DNA of 64,000 nucleotides from Geosiphon pyriformis uo1 (Eukaryota; Fungi; Glomeromycota), in contig JAAOMT010000222.1 in assembly GCA_016748015.1 (NCBI GenBank), positions 747,924 through 811,923 of the forward strand, given 5' to 3'. The translations under genes were made by a program, and so were the position numbers. Numbering within the stretch: the first letter of the stretch is position 1; each line of letters opens with the position of its first letter. The notes below the pieces were generated by a model that saw only the letters and a list, made by a program, of their open reading frames with translations, ran no database searches and was not told where the DNA came from. This document shows, in pieces, positions 13,298-26,463 of this stretch.

Positions 13298-14845
13298 TGT
13301 TATGAGTAAACTTGGTGGGGTAGAGAGATGGTAACATTTAATGCTCTCAATTATTGATAAGGCATGTTTTGTGTAATTCTGGTGGTTTAATCTTGATTAT
13401 TAATCTTTGAAGGTCTTATTTTACTGATTGTGAATTTATTTATTGAGTTCTTTAGTTATAAGGCACAGAGTTTTGGTTCTCACTAATTGCAACTTTTTAT
13501 AAAAGTGAGTTTTTTTTCAAGTTAATAAGTGCAATTATTAGGGTCTGGCATTGTCTTTTTGTCTTTTTAATAAGCTATTAAGATAATATTAATATCCAAA
13601 AACCTAGAGGGAGCTTTCTTTTTTTACCAGATTATTACAAAGTCTATTCCCAGACAGTTGATTTTACTATATTGCCACTTTACAAGAGAAAAATAAAGAA
13701 AATAAAAGAAAAAAACAAATAAAAGAAAAGATAAATTAGTATTGTTAATCACTGTAATCAAGAGCAATTGGTCCAAATTGTTAATAATTTGAAGTGGTTA
13801 TGCTAAGAGCATCTGTCCTGGAACGAAGATACAAAACAATGATTAATTCACATAAATTTCACAAAGTTCAAAAACATAAATTCATGATTCTGATTTCTTA
13901 ATAATTGATTTATTTCAGAAGATAAATATGGAATATAATAAATGATAAAGAAGTATGGATATTTAATTTTTGTCTAGTGGTTTATATCTATTTGTTTGTC
14001 TGTTTTTATCTTTTATAATTACTTGCTTTTATATATTTTTTTGGTTTTACAGGATTGCTTCTGATTGTTTTGTTATTGTTAATTATTGCTTTTTTATTTC
14101 TGTTATTGCTTTATTCTTCTATGTTATTACTAGTTATTTTATATTATAACACATTATCTAGTATTATTATGTGTTATTTTGTATTATCACATGTTGTAAC
14201 ACATTATCCTGCACTATCCTAAGTTATAACATGTTATCCAATATTATTGTGCACTATTCTATGTTATATCATGTTCTGGTCACGTTTTTTCATAACTTCA
14301 AATTGGTTTTTCTACTCGGGTAACATTATCTCTCTTTTTTTAGAATTGAGCTCCTGCAAAATTATATGTATCTGTTCTTATGTCTTTATTCATGTAATGT
14401 TTAATAGTTGCATCAAATATTGTTTTTTATAGGTTTTTAAACTGTCAATTGGTAATTTGTCCTATGTTGTTAACTATTATTGTCTTTATAGATTTATACA
14501 ACAGTATGTTTGAACAATGTTGAAAAGTAGTATATATTTAGTATACTGCTTTGTAATATAAGGTTAAGTTGTTTTTTCTTACAAATTTTTCTACTTGTTG
14601 CATTGCTTTTTTGTTGAAAGTTTTCTGGCTGAAGTTTTCATATAGTATCTTTAAGTCTAATTGTTTACTCATTTTGTAAAACCAATAAGTTGAAAGAAAT
14701 CTTTCTTTTTATTCCTTTGTATTGTCTGATGTTTATTCTCCTGTTTCAGAAAGATTGATCCCACAAGTTTAATTTCTTCTAGCTTGGAAACAAAGTATCT
14801 TTTTTTATAAACTTTTCTTATTTTTCTACTTTTTTTTCAAGCCCC
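13298..14845 (-). mobile_element. 3' portion of a family-1 Ty3/Gypsy element: 3' LTR (13298-14325), PPT (14326-14341), C-terminal part of the extra ORF3
   Basis: TGTTAT...GTAACA LTR homologous to 26464-27537. PPT adjacent. ORF3 homology to 27552-28050 and 51610-52125 ends abruptly at TTTCAAGCCCC (14845). Confidence 0.88.
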
Positions 14846-17800
14846 AGCAGATTAGCTTGTCATTTACTATGATTCCTTCTTTGTTAGCTTTAACATTGTC
14901 CAGTGGCTTGTCATTACTAGTAAAAATAATATAAGCAAGTTTAGCAGTTTCTTTTTGATCTTTTTTTTTATTGCTTTCATTATTATCTGATTTATTTGAT
15001 TGTTTTTCTTCTTGTTTTGTTTAGACTGGAGGAGTTGTCCAATGGTGGCACTTAATCACAATAGGTTTTTTATCACATCTGATGGTCAGTTCACAGAGTT
15101 TATAATCAAGCAAGACTTTTGCCTTCTTGAGCCATTTATTGCCAACTATTATGATGTATTTTTTTGCTTCGAATACTTCTATGTTAATTTCAATGCTGAT
15201 GTCATTGATTTGAACAGAAACAGCTTTGGCTATGTCCAGACTTTTCTTCTTGTCACTATGTATATTGGTCATTGGTCTTGTGGATAGTTCATCAATCTTT
15301 TTGCCAATTGCTTCTAAGAAGTGTTTGGCAATAATGCTAACAGATGATTTACTGTTCAGGATCAGATTAATGAAGTAACCAGCCACTTGGGCTTTACAAA
15401 TAAAAGGGGTAACATTGTTGTTATTAGTAAGTCCAGCTTGGCATAAGCATTTATTAGTTTTTAGTGTTTTTTTCTTAAAAATTAAAGATTTGCAAAGGTC
15501 TTTTCTGAATTGGAGATGGGTCATTAACTGGCCAAAGATAATGTGAGCAGGTGTTTTCATAAGATCCTTGACAACAGAATAGAACCCAGATTTTTGTACA
15601 ATTTTTGGGAGTTCCAACTTTGAAGAATTTTTGTTATTAGCAGTTGATGTAGAGGCTTTTTTTGGATCTATAATGAAATCAATCTTAGTTTTTTTTTTCT
15701 TTCTTGTTAATTCAGAAGTGTTGATTGCTAGTTCATCTATGTTATAGTCATTATCAATTAGGTTAAAAACATAAAAGGAGTTTTTTTGGTTGGCTTGCAT
15801 TCTCACTCTTTGGAAATGTGCCTACTAGTTTAAAGGTTAATAAACAGTGGCTTCAACTAAGGAATTCTTTCCAAAGAAATTGATGTTAGCATGATTGGGT
15901 TTTTGGTTGGAGACATTGTTGTTGATAGTTCTGTTGTTTTGATTGTTATTGTTTCTGAGAGCTGGAAGAGGCAAAAAAGAATTATTACAATCTCTGGAGA
16001 AATGTCTAGTTAATTCACAGCAATAACACACAAGTGGGCCATGATTTTGTTGTCTTTGGTAAAGGGGTTGCTGGGGTTGATTAAAATGGAGTTTAAATCT
16101 GGGTTTTTAGAGTTGTTGATTCTCTTTAACTGCTTAAGTTAAGGATTTTAGTAATCAGACAAAATTAGCTGTGAGTCTATCTATTAACTGTTTATTTGAG
16201 TCTTGAATTTGGACAGCAAAAGAGATAGCAGCCATTTGGAGAGCAGGAGCCATAACAAGAGCAAGAACAAAAATTAGAAGTATGAATTCCAAGTGCATCC
16301 TTTGGTTGTCTTCAATTTGTTGAGCAAGTTCAATGACCATGTCCATTGTGGAATTGTTTTTTAGGGCCAGAAAAGGCCAAAGAGCATAGAACAAATCTGT
16401 TTTCAATCCTTTTGTAAAGAAATGAATTTTTTGTTCTTCTGTCCAGTTTCTTCCAGAGTCTACTCTTTTAATTAACTTTCTGATGACTTTGGCATATTTA
16501 GTTACCACTTTACCAGAACCTTGGGTTTTTTTTTTAGTTCTATGCACCATTTAGATATCAAGATAAAAGTTCTAAATTTCATTTTAAACTGGATAGTAAA
16601 AAAAGTGTTGTCTTTTTTGGCATTTGCTGGTGTTTATCTAATGATTTTTTGCTAAGCATTGGTATTAGTTTCTTGTAAGAACCAAGTAGCAGGAGAACCT
16701 TGAAGATAGCCACCAACAATTTGGAACTTATATTCATTATCATATTGGTTGGCTGTGACAGCTTTTTCAAAGTCATTCAATTATTCAATTAGATCTTATA
16801 CATCATCTTTAAACAAGAGTAATAGAGTGTTGTTTTTTCTTCCCAAAGCAGTTTGTATCTCTTGAAGAGCAATTAGAATGTTCTGTTGCATAGAATTATT
16901 AACCATTGGTTCAGGAGTTACTGTTTGAGTAGAATGATTTGATTCACTTGAGAAGAAATCAAAAACAGAAGCAGTTTGATAGCTTTTTTTTTCTGTTTCA
17001 AGAGGAGTTTTAGTTGATTGATTGGCAGCAATCCAAGTATAGATTTGATGATTCAGATATTCGAAATTAAGGAGCTGTTGTTCAAAGATTGTGGAATATA
17101 AAAGCTGATTAATGCTGTTGTTTCTTTCTTTAAAGTTGTTTTCAAAATAAGGTTAATTAAAGTAATAAGTTGTATAAGCTGTGTAGATTTCAGCTGAATG
17201 TTCGTTTAGAAACCAGTTCTAAAAGTCTTGGAATTGTCTGCTGGATTGTTTTTCAATAAAGAAGCAAATCAAGCAGGAGGGCAAAGAATTGAGTTTAATA
17301 AAGTCTAGATTGTTTTTGTTGTGTGCTTCAAAGTGTTCTTTTGATTGTTATGACAAGTATAAATAATCACTCATATAATAGAAAACAGAGTAAATTTTGA
17401 CAACTTCACAGAGAACACCACTTTTATATTACAGATTGGAGTAACAAACTAATGGATAGCAAAGGAGAACAGAATTGTAGGATAATAAAAGAAATCAAAG
17501 AGAATTCAACTTCAAAGAGCGAATTAAATGAGTATAGATTCAATGTGCAAGATTAGTCTCATAAAATATTTTAGTTGCTGTACTTTTCTAAAGATAACTA
17601 GAGAATCTGAAGGTAAAGAAATAGTCTGTACTATCAACAAATAATCACACACTGGTATAATTCTATGTCTTATATTGATGCTTTTAGAATTCAATATTAG
17701 GTATTAGATGTATTCTTTAGTCATGTTTTATTTAATAATCTTCAAATGCTGCAATTACATGTTTTAGAAAAAGAGTAAAAAATAACCAACAAGTAATTTT

Positions 17801-18150
17801 TTATCTCAAAATGTTCAGATACTTGAAGATAAGAAAAGAGAAATTAGTAATAAAAGAATGATTGAAATAAAAGTTGTTATTTTATTTATTTTCTTTCTTT
17901 GATTCTTATATGCTTTTCTATAGCTAAGAGATTCATTGCTTATATAGCTATTAAAAGTAGTTAATGATCAGATCAACGACTAGGTCAATGATCAGGTTAA
18001 TGATCAGATTATTGATTAGGTCAATGATTAAGTCAATAATCAGGTCAACAGTCAGATCAATAATTACTTTCTAAAAATAGAGTGGCTAATTATATGATAT
18101 TAGTGGCTAATACATGTGATAATTAATAAGAAATGTAGATTTTAACCATA
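14846..18150 (-). mobile_element. 5' portion of a second Ty3/Gypsy family: putative 5' LTR (~17427-18150), PBS (17403-17420), gag, zinc knuckle, aspartic protease; RT/RH/INT missing
   Basis: Gag-like 'VVTKYAKVIRKLIKRVD...QKIHFFTKGLKTDL', degenerate CCHC 'CYCCELTRHFSRDC', protease-like 'INLILNSKSSVSII...IIVGNKWL'. PBS TGGTGTTCTCTGTGAAGT is a transition variant of the family-1 PBS. LTR limits inferred because there is no second copy in the window. Confidence 0.75.
17959..18066 (+). repeat. Tandem array of nine degenerate 12-bp units (consensus ~GGTCAATGATCA) within the putative family-2 LTR
   Basis: agttaatgatca gatcaacgacta ggtcaatgatca ggttaatgatca gattattgatta ggtcaatgatta agtcaataatca ggtcaacagtca gatcaataatta. 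Confidence 0.85.
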
Positions 18151-20860
18151 ATAATAGTTTGAATCAAGATGAAATTTTCTCTTTACTTCTTTGACAAATA
18201 TTCTACAATCCACTTTTATGTGAAGTTAAAAGACATGAACACTTGTGTGACTACCATATTAATATAAAGTTTGTGACAAAAACTGGCAGAGTTAAGATTA
18301 TTAAGAAGAGAAATTTTTTTTTGGCTACTGGTATCTTTGTTGATAATACTATCTGGAGTAGAAGCTGTCAGATTTCTACATATATTTTAGATATTACCAG
18401 TGAGTTTTTTGTTATCAATAATATTTCTATTAATAATGATAAAACAATGGCTATTCTAATTAATTAGAGTATTAAAACTGCCTTACTTTTGATTAATGGT
18501 TTACCAATTTTGATTGCTAAACAGAGTAAATCACACAGATACTTGGACATTTTTTTGTCCACAGAGGATCTTTTTAAGTCTAGTTTGGTCTAAACTCATA
18601 CAGATATCAAATTTTTTTCAAATATGGTGCTTAAAAAGACTATTACAGATAAATAATTTTCTTACTTGGTTTCAGCTGTTTTCCAGCTCATAGTTAGTTA
18701 TCAAATGCAGTTTAGTTTTGTTTTATCAAGTGTGTATTACAAATAAGATATTATAATCAGAAAAAATCTTAGATTTAAGACTGGTTTGCCATGTGATTTT
18801 TCTAATAAGGCTTTGCATCACTTTTTTTTTGTATGGTTTGAAATTTTTTAAGCAAATATAATCTAAAGGGAAGTTAGCTTTACTGGTTTTCTTTTTCAAT
18901 GTCTGCAGCATTCTTGGGTGTTTATTTGAACATAAATTTTTGGATTTGCAAGTTCTAAAATAGTCTTCTTTGAATTTTTTACAGCATTTTGTTAAGTTAC
19001 AGATTAGTCCAGTGAATAATTTTTTGGCTGGTGTGGTAAAAATTCTTTTGAAGAATAAGCTTTCTTTAATAAACAATTTGTTTAGTGCTTTTTGTGAGTC
19101 TGACAGATTTTTGATGTTTGGTATTCTAGAGCATTCTTTATATTATAATTCTGTTTTTTCTTTGAGACAATTTGGTATTGCTTTTGGTAATAGACTTCTG
19201 GGCAAAAAAAAGAATGTAATGTACTGGAAAACATTTTGACAATAGAAAAAGTTGGATCCGAGAGGCTTTGTATCTTATTGGTTCACTTTAATGGCTGAGT
19301 TTATGAGCAAACAAGTTTTTTTGAGGATTGAATCTGCTAATTCTCTTGGGCTGCCAGTGTTGAGTGTTTTGGATTCTGAAACATTTTTTGATGTTCATAA
19401 TAGTCTAATAAAGGTTTGGTCTAATAGTATTGAAGTTTACACAGATGGGTCTTTGAAAGGTACTTGTTTTGTTGAAGTTATAAGTAGTGTGGCTGCCTAT
19501 TTCCCAGCTACTAACATGGATATTAAAATTAGGGTGCATAGGCTTCTGTCTTCCACTTTGGCTGAATTGCAAGCCATTGTTTTGGCCTTGAAGTGTGTTT
19601 TGTCTTTTTGTGCTGTGGTTTTGTATTTAGATAGTCAATTTGTTATTGATGCTTATGTATTGGAGACTTTATTTGCTGTGTTTGACTTTTGTAATTAATG
19701 CTGAATTGAGAGATTGCATATTGTTGATCTTATCAAGAATAAAAATATTTTGGTTAAATAAGTAAAGATTAAAAGGCATTCAGAAATTCCAGACAATGTT
19801 AGGGCTAATAAAGTAGTAGAAAAAACTGCCTTCTCTTCACTTTTCTTACTATTTGAGATTTAAGAATAATTTTTAGTTGCTAAGAATACTGCCATTTCTG
19901 ATAATGCTCGTCATTTTGTTCATAATCTGTATTAATCAGTTTGCCATGCTTGTTGAGAGACTGGTCTTGGTTATGATATTGTTCTAAGTGCCATAATTAA
20001 GAAGATAGATTGCACTACTACTGCTAAGTTGTGGCATCTTGATTTACATATGCTCTCTGGATTTACTAATAAAAGTTTGGCCAATATGTGCATGTATTTA
20101 ATAAAAGCAATACATAGACAGTTGCCAATAGTAGTTAGAAAAAAGTTGTATAACAAGTATTATTTTGGGATGTTATGTTTGCTGTATAATAAGATAAAAT
20201 TGTCTGATCATGTTTTTGCTTGTTTTGGTGACATTGGATTCTATGAGGACATTTTGGTTGAAGCTACTAAAAGATGAGTATTATTGGCAGGTTTTTTTTG
20301 CTCACTTGTATTGGCTGTTTTGTATTTACTTTCAATGTGTTCTTCAAATATGGGTTTGTATACTGCTATATGTAAGAGTTTTGTGTTGAAAGATTGATAT
20401 GCTGAGACTACTTTGGTTTTTGAAGAGAAAAAAAAAGCTGCTTTGGCTTTTGTTAATTATGTTAAGTTTGTGGTCAAATTGTTTTATACTAAAGTGTGGC
20501 TTATTAAGTTTAAATACAGAGCAGATATAAAAAAAACTGGGTTGGTCAAGAATAGTGGTATGGTTTTAGGCTTGTCTTAATGTTTGGTATTTATGTTGTC
20601 AGATAAGATGGTTTATATGCTTGGTGTCTTGGAATCTTTTATTGTCAATTTTGGTAGATACAGAATGTGTTATTTTTTTTCTGGTTTAGGTGGTAATGCT
20701 TTTGTTAGTATAAGCACATAGTGTTGCTTTGTTTGGCCTAAGTGGCTGGTCATATGTAGTAAATGCATAAGCTGTGTTTAGTGTGTTTTATTTAATTTGG
20801 TTCTATGTACTAAATAGCAGTTGGGCTTCACTTGTAAATCACATAATAATAATAAAAAAA
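18150..20860 (+). mobile_element. LINE fragment: C-terminal RT, RNase H, Cys-rich tail, 3' UTR, poly(A); pseudogenised
   Basis: 'FLATGIFVDNTIW' (RT FVDD variant), RNase H 'IEVYTDGSL...STLAELQAI...LYLDSQ', 'CLLYNKIKLSDHVFAC'. ORF2 stop ~20721, A-tail ~20850-20860, many in-frame stops. Confidence 0.88.
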
Positions 20861-21093
20861 TTATTGTATTTAATTACACTTGTATATTATATAAATTAGA
20901 TTATTAATTAAATAATAATAATTAATAATTTGGTTAAGTAATAAATTAAAATAATATTATATAATAATTAATAATAAAAATTTTAAAAATAATTTTATGT
21001 TAATTAATAATTTAATTTTATTAGTATAATAACTGATTTATTTTAATGTTTTTTACTTTTTTAATAAGTTATTTAAATATTAATAAGTTAATT

Positions 21094-24000
21094 TTATAGG
21101 TTTGGGTGGATTATTGAATACATAATTGTACTCTCTTTACAAACAAGCAAACAAGAATTGTTGGAAATTCAATTTTAAAAGTGCTAATAATGCTAAATAA
21201 GCTGAGTTCAAAAATACTATAATAACAAATATGATTATGTTTTCTAATGAATTTTGTGTGGCTAGAGAGCTCTTAGATTTAAATATAATATGGAATGCTA
21301 TTTGTAAAATAGTGTGTTTGTCAGCTAAAGGAATTTTTAGAAAAAAAAAATGGTTCAAGAAATATGACAATATTTACACTAAAAAATCATCCAGATTTCA
21401 CAAGCTGAAACTTTTGATGTCTAAGATTGTTAAGACCTTTTGTTAAGTGTCTTATAATGAGTTTGTATCATTGTTGGATATGTGAAGTAGTCTTGATACT
21501 GTTAATGCCTCTGTAATAAGTTTTTTTTCCTCTTGAGATCTTATTTTAATATTATTAGGTCTGTTCTGACTAGGATTAAGAAGTTTTATTACTCTTTTAA
21601 GATGATAGAATCGAAATATGCTGAAAAGTCTTGAATTAGGTTAGCAATTAATAAAAAAATAAAGGATTTTGAATTAAACAAAAGTCATACTATCAGAAAT
21701 GTGTTAAAGTGTTTTTTTTGCAAGATGGTGTTAGATCATCTGGTTGTTGATAATGAACTAATTCTGGAGCCTAATTAAATTAAGACAAAAGTAGATGTAA
21801 TTATAGAGAACTGAATTCAGAAGCATAAAGTGGTTATTAATCTTTCTAATAATTGGTTTTATTAGTATTAACTCTTAAATTATGTTTTTAATGATGCTTT
21901 TTTGAATGTAATATGTAAGGTTGGTTTTGATGAAATGTTTGATGTAATCTTAGCTCTGCCTGATGGAAAGACTGCTGGTTTTTCTGGCATCTTAAATGAA
22001 TTGTGAAAGCATTATAACAAGTCTGTTTTGGATATGTTTTTGGTGCTTTTGAATTTTTGTTTGAATTGTGAGTTAGTATCTGGTTCTTGGAAGAAGACTT
22101 GAGTCTCAATAATTTTTAAACCATATAAGTGAAAAAACATTCTTATAAATACTTAACCTATTGCTTTAATTGAAACAGTTCATAAAATTCTTTTTAAAAT
22201 TCTTTCAGACAGGATTTTCTTGACTTGTAGTACTTTTAATGTTTTCCATGAGGATAATTTCTTTGTTCTAAAAAATACAATGATACAATCCCCTATTTTT
22301 GTTATTGGTTTAATAATAAAGAATGTCTTAAAAAAAAATCATAAACTGTGGCTGGTCTTGCAGAATATGCATAAGACTTATAATTCTGTTGAATGAGAAC
22401 ATCTTAAGAAGAATTTGATCAAGGTTAAAATGTGTGACAAATTCATTAAATTTTTTGGTAGTATTTACAATAATCAGATTAACAGAGTTATAACTAATTT
22501 TGGTTTGACTAGTGATTATAAGATACATGATAAGTTGGATTAGAAAAAAGTTTTCTTGCCTCTTCTTTGGCATATATTTTATGATCCACTTTTGTGTAAA
22601 GTTAAGAGACAGAAGAGTATGTGTGATTATAGATTGAATTTTTATTTTGTTGTCAAAACTGGCCAAGCAGAATCCCAGACTAAACTGACCTCTTTTCTTG
22701 CTACTGGTGTGTTTATTGATAATACAATTTGAGTTGGTAATAGTTAGGCTGCCACACAGCATATTCTCAGTATTGCTAGTGAATTTTTTAGGATTAATAA
22801 CATTTCTATAAATATTGATAAGACAATAGCTATTTCTATTAACTACAGAGTTGTGAGCCTATCTTTATCTATTAGTGGCTTGCATATTTTTATTGCCAAA
22901 AAAAGAGAATTTCATTGTTATCTGGGTATTTTTTTATCTTCTGAGAGTTTGTTGAAGCTTAGTTTGATTAAGACACATTTGAATGTCTGGTTTTTTGCCA
23001 ATTTTGTTTTGAAAAAAGCAATCTTTAATAAGCAGTTTTTGTATCTGGTATTGGCAGTCTTTCATCTTATTATTAGCTACAAAATTCAATTCAGTTTCAT
23101 CCTTATTGGTATGTATAATAAATAGAACACTCTGATTTGCAAAGACTTGAAATCCAAATTTGGTTTGCTACTTGATTTTTCCAATGATACAATACATTAC
23201 TTTTCTTTATATGATTTAAAAACTTTTGAACAGATTTAGACAAAAAGCAAGTTGGCTTTTATTGTTTGTTTTGTAAATTTTTTTGGAGTTTTGGGTCATT
23301 TTTTTACACAAAAGTCACATGACTTGCAGGTTTTTAGCTGGCATTTACACTACTCTTTGCTTTTTCCAGTTTATATTAATGTTAATTTATCAAATAATTT
23401 TTTGGCTGGTATAGTCCATATATTTCTAAAATATGATCTGTTTTTGGGTGGTCTTATGATCAATGCTTTTTGTTTTCAGAGTGGTACTCCTGTATCATTT
23501 GCTCTTGGTAGATTAATGTACTTTAAATGTATTTCTTTGCTTTGGCAGTATGGGATTGCTTTTGTGGACCAACTTTGTGATCATACTAATACAGTCTTTA
23601 ATTGGAAAACATTTAAGAAATAAAAAAGATTGAATTCATGCAGCCCAGTTCTCAATTGGTTCAAGCTTTTAGTTTGTTTTCTTAATGGTGTGGTCTCTTC
23701 TTCTGTTTGTTCTCCTCTCTTAAAAGATGTTTGCTTGTTATGTATTCTTAATTTTCATGAATTTGAAGTCATCCATAATTATTTGTTGGGTGTTAATACC
23801 CCTTTTTGTCTATACAGATAAATCTTTGTGTGGTTTGGAGACTGTTAACATAAGAGCTAAAGTGGCTGTTTTTTTTGAAAATATTAATTTTGGTTTAAGT
23901 GTTGAGATTTTTGGTTTGATGTTTTCTATTATAACAGAGTTGTAAACTGTTTCACTGGCACTCAAATGTGTTCTTTTTTTTAGTTCAATTTAATTTTTCT

Positions 24001-25227
24001 TAGACAGCCAGGCTGCTTTGGATGCTTGCAAATCAGAATTGGGTTTGATATGTTTAGACTTTCAAAATAAGTGTTGAGTCAAATATTATTATATTGTAAG
24101 CATTATTTGTGAAAAAAATTTGGATGTCAGCTAGCATAAGATAAAAAATTATTTAAGTGTTCCAGACAATAAACATGTTAATGTGTTTGTAAAGACTGCT
24201 TTACTCTTTGATCAGTACTTCTCTTATCAAATTAAAAAACATTACATCAGAACTGGTAATGGCATTGTTTTTGGTAATTCTAGATATTTTATTTGTAATG
24301 TTTTCTACTCTATTTATTATGCACACTAGGAGATTGGTTTTGGTTCTCAGGTTGTGACAAACAGTCTGTATGTAGATGTTGATTGGTTTAGATTATTCTC
24401 AGTATGACACTCTGATTTCCACTTGGTTGCTGGTTCTACTAATAGAGATACTACTGGTGTTTATATGTATTTTATAAAGGCTTTATATTACTGGCTCTCT
24501 GTTGCTGTTCATAAACATTTGTACAACAAGTGTTATTTCAGTGTGGTGTATTTGTTTTGTGAAGATGTTGAGATCTCAAACCATGCTTTTTCTTGCTTAT
24601 TTGACTTTGCTACTTGTGCTTGGTTATTAGATGCCTATGTAACTAATTAGAGAATGCTTTCTGGTCTCTTTTGTTTTTCTTTGTGTATATTATAGTTATT
24701 GTTTTTCTGTGTTTTTAATATTACAATGTACATGACTCTGTGTAAGAGTTTTGTTTTCAATAATTGGTATTGGAAGTCTCTTTCTGTTTTTAAGAATTCT
24801 AGAATTGCAGGCCAAAAAATTGTGGACTTTGTGTACAAGCTTTGTTTTGTATTTTGAGATGAAATTTGAATGGCCTATGCTAAATACTAAGTCTTTATGG
24901 AAAAAAATAAACTAATTTTGTTTGATGAGTCTATTTCAGTCTCAATAGCTGGGTTTTTTTTGGTGCTTTTAACTAGTGTGGTTAAATTGTTGGGTGTTAT
25001 TAAAGCTTTTGGAATTAGTTTTAGGTTATGTAAATTTTGTTTGTTTTTTTTAAGTATAGATAAATTAGTTTTAATTCATATAAATGCTTAGTGTTGTTCT
25101 GATTAATTTGAATGACTAGTCACATATAGAAAATACATGATTCATATCTGGTTTAGATTATTTATATATGATGTATTGTACTAAGCAGTGTTTGAATTTT
25201 ACTTATTAAATGTTAATAAATAAAAAA
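21094..25227 (+). mobile_element. 5'-truncated LINE (post-endonuclease region, RT, RNase H, 3' UTR, poly(A)); pseudogenised
   Basis: Collinear with ORF2 of the full-length LINE at 40345-36676/26463-25455 (e.g. 'LWLVLQNMHKTY', 'FVYTDKSLCGL', 'CEDVEISNHAFSC'). ORF2 stop 25091, then the conserved 3' UTR and an A-rich tail. Confidence 0.88.
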
Positions 25228-26463
25228 TTTTATGTTTATTCTTGTATTTTTTATTAAATTATAATATTTGTTATTTTATAAAGCCAAGTAAATTAAGTAA
25301 GTAAATAAAATAATATTACTTTTTTTTATTATTATTACTTAATGAGTAAAGTCCAAATGCACTCTAGTACTATACATCATACAAATAATCTAAACTAGGA
25401 GTGAATCATGCGTTTTCTACATGTGACCAACCACTCAAACCAATTAGAACAACACTATACACTTATATAAACAGAAATCAAGTCCCCAATACCTGAGAAA
25501 AATGAACATGGATTACAAAATCCGAAACCAACACTAAACGCTTCAGCAATACCCAGCAACCTAATCACACCAGCTGAAAGTGATATAGATAAACCAGAAA
25601 CCAAGGTAGAAATGGAACCATTATGTGAAATTAGTCCATTCTTGTTCATAAAAGCTTGGTGTTTGGCACAGACCAGCCAAATATTCTCCTTGAATGCAAG
25701 GCAAAATTCATGAACAAAATCCACAACCTTTGACATCACAATCTTAGGATCTCTAAAAACAGAAGCAAACTCACAATACCAATCATTGAAAACAAAGTCT
25801 TTGCACAAAGCCAGACCAACAGCAACATTGGAAACACAGGTGTGTAGCAATTGTGAAATGCACAAAAAAAACTAAAATAAACCCGAACAAGTCTTCTAAA
25901 CAAACACATAAACATCCAACAACCAAGCACAACCTGCAGCATTAAATGGACAACAAAAGACATGGTCAGATATCTCAATATTACTACAGAACAAACAAAC
26001 CACATTGGGATAATACCTATTATACAAACATTTGTGTACAGCAACCGGAAGCCAATGATGGAGGGCTTTTATAAAGTAAGTGCAAAGGCTGGTAGTACAC
26101 ATACTAGTGAAACCAGCAGCCAAATAAGAATTCATGTGCCATATCATAGAGGATTTTGACCAATTAATATTAGCATGCAGACTATTTAGCATAACCTGGG
26201 AGCCCAATCCAACTTCCCAGCATGCATGATGAACAGACCAGAAAACATTATGAATGAAGTGTCTAGAACTGCCAAAAACTGCAGTACCACCAGCTCTCAA
26301 AAATTTTTTACTGATCAAATGAAGCAGTTGCCAGGCAGAGAAAGTGGCATCTCTAGCAAGCATATTAGCACACTCATTGCCTAAAACACTCAAATGTCCC
26401 CTAACTTTAATCCAATTCACACATAAATTTTTGCGATGAATGACATCAGTAATGTGATGATGC

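Noticed and set aside
17959-18066. Regular short repeats that could suggest a CRISPR array
   Set aside because: Head-to-tail 12-bp units with no unique spacers, no cas genes, eukaryotic LTR context.
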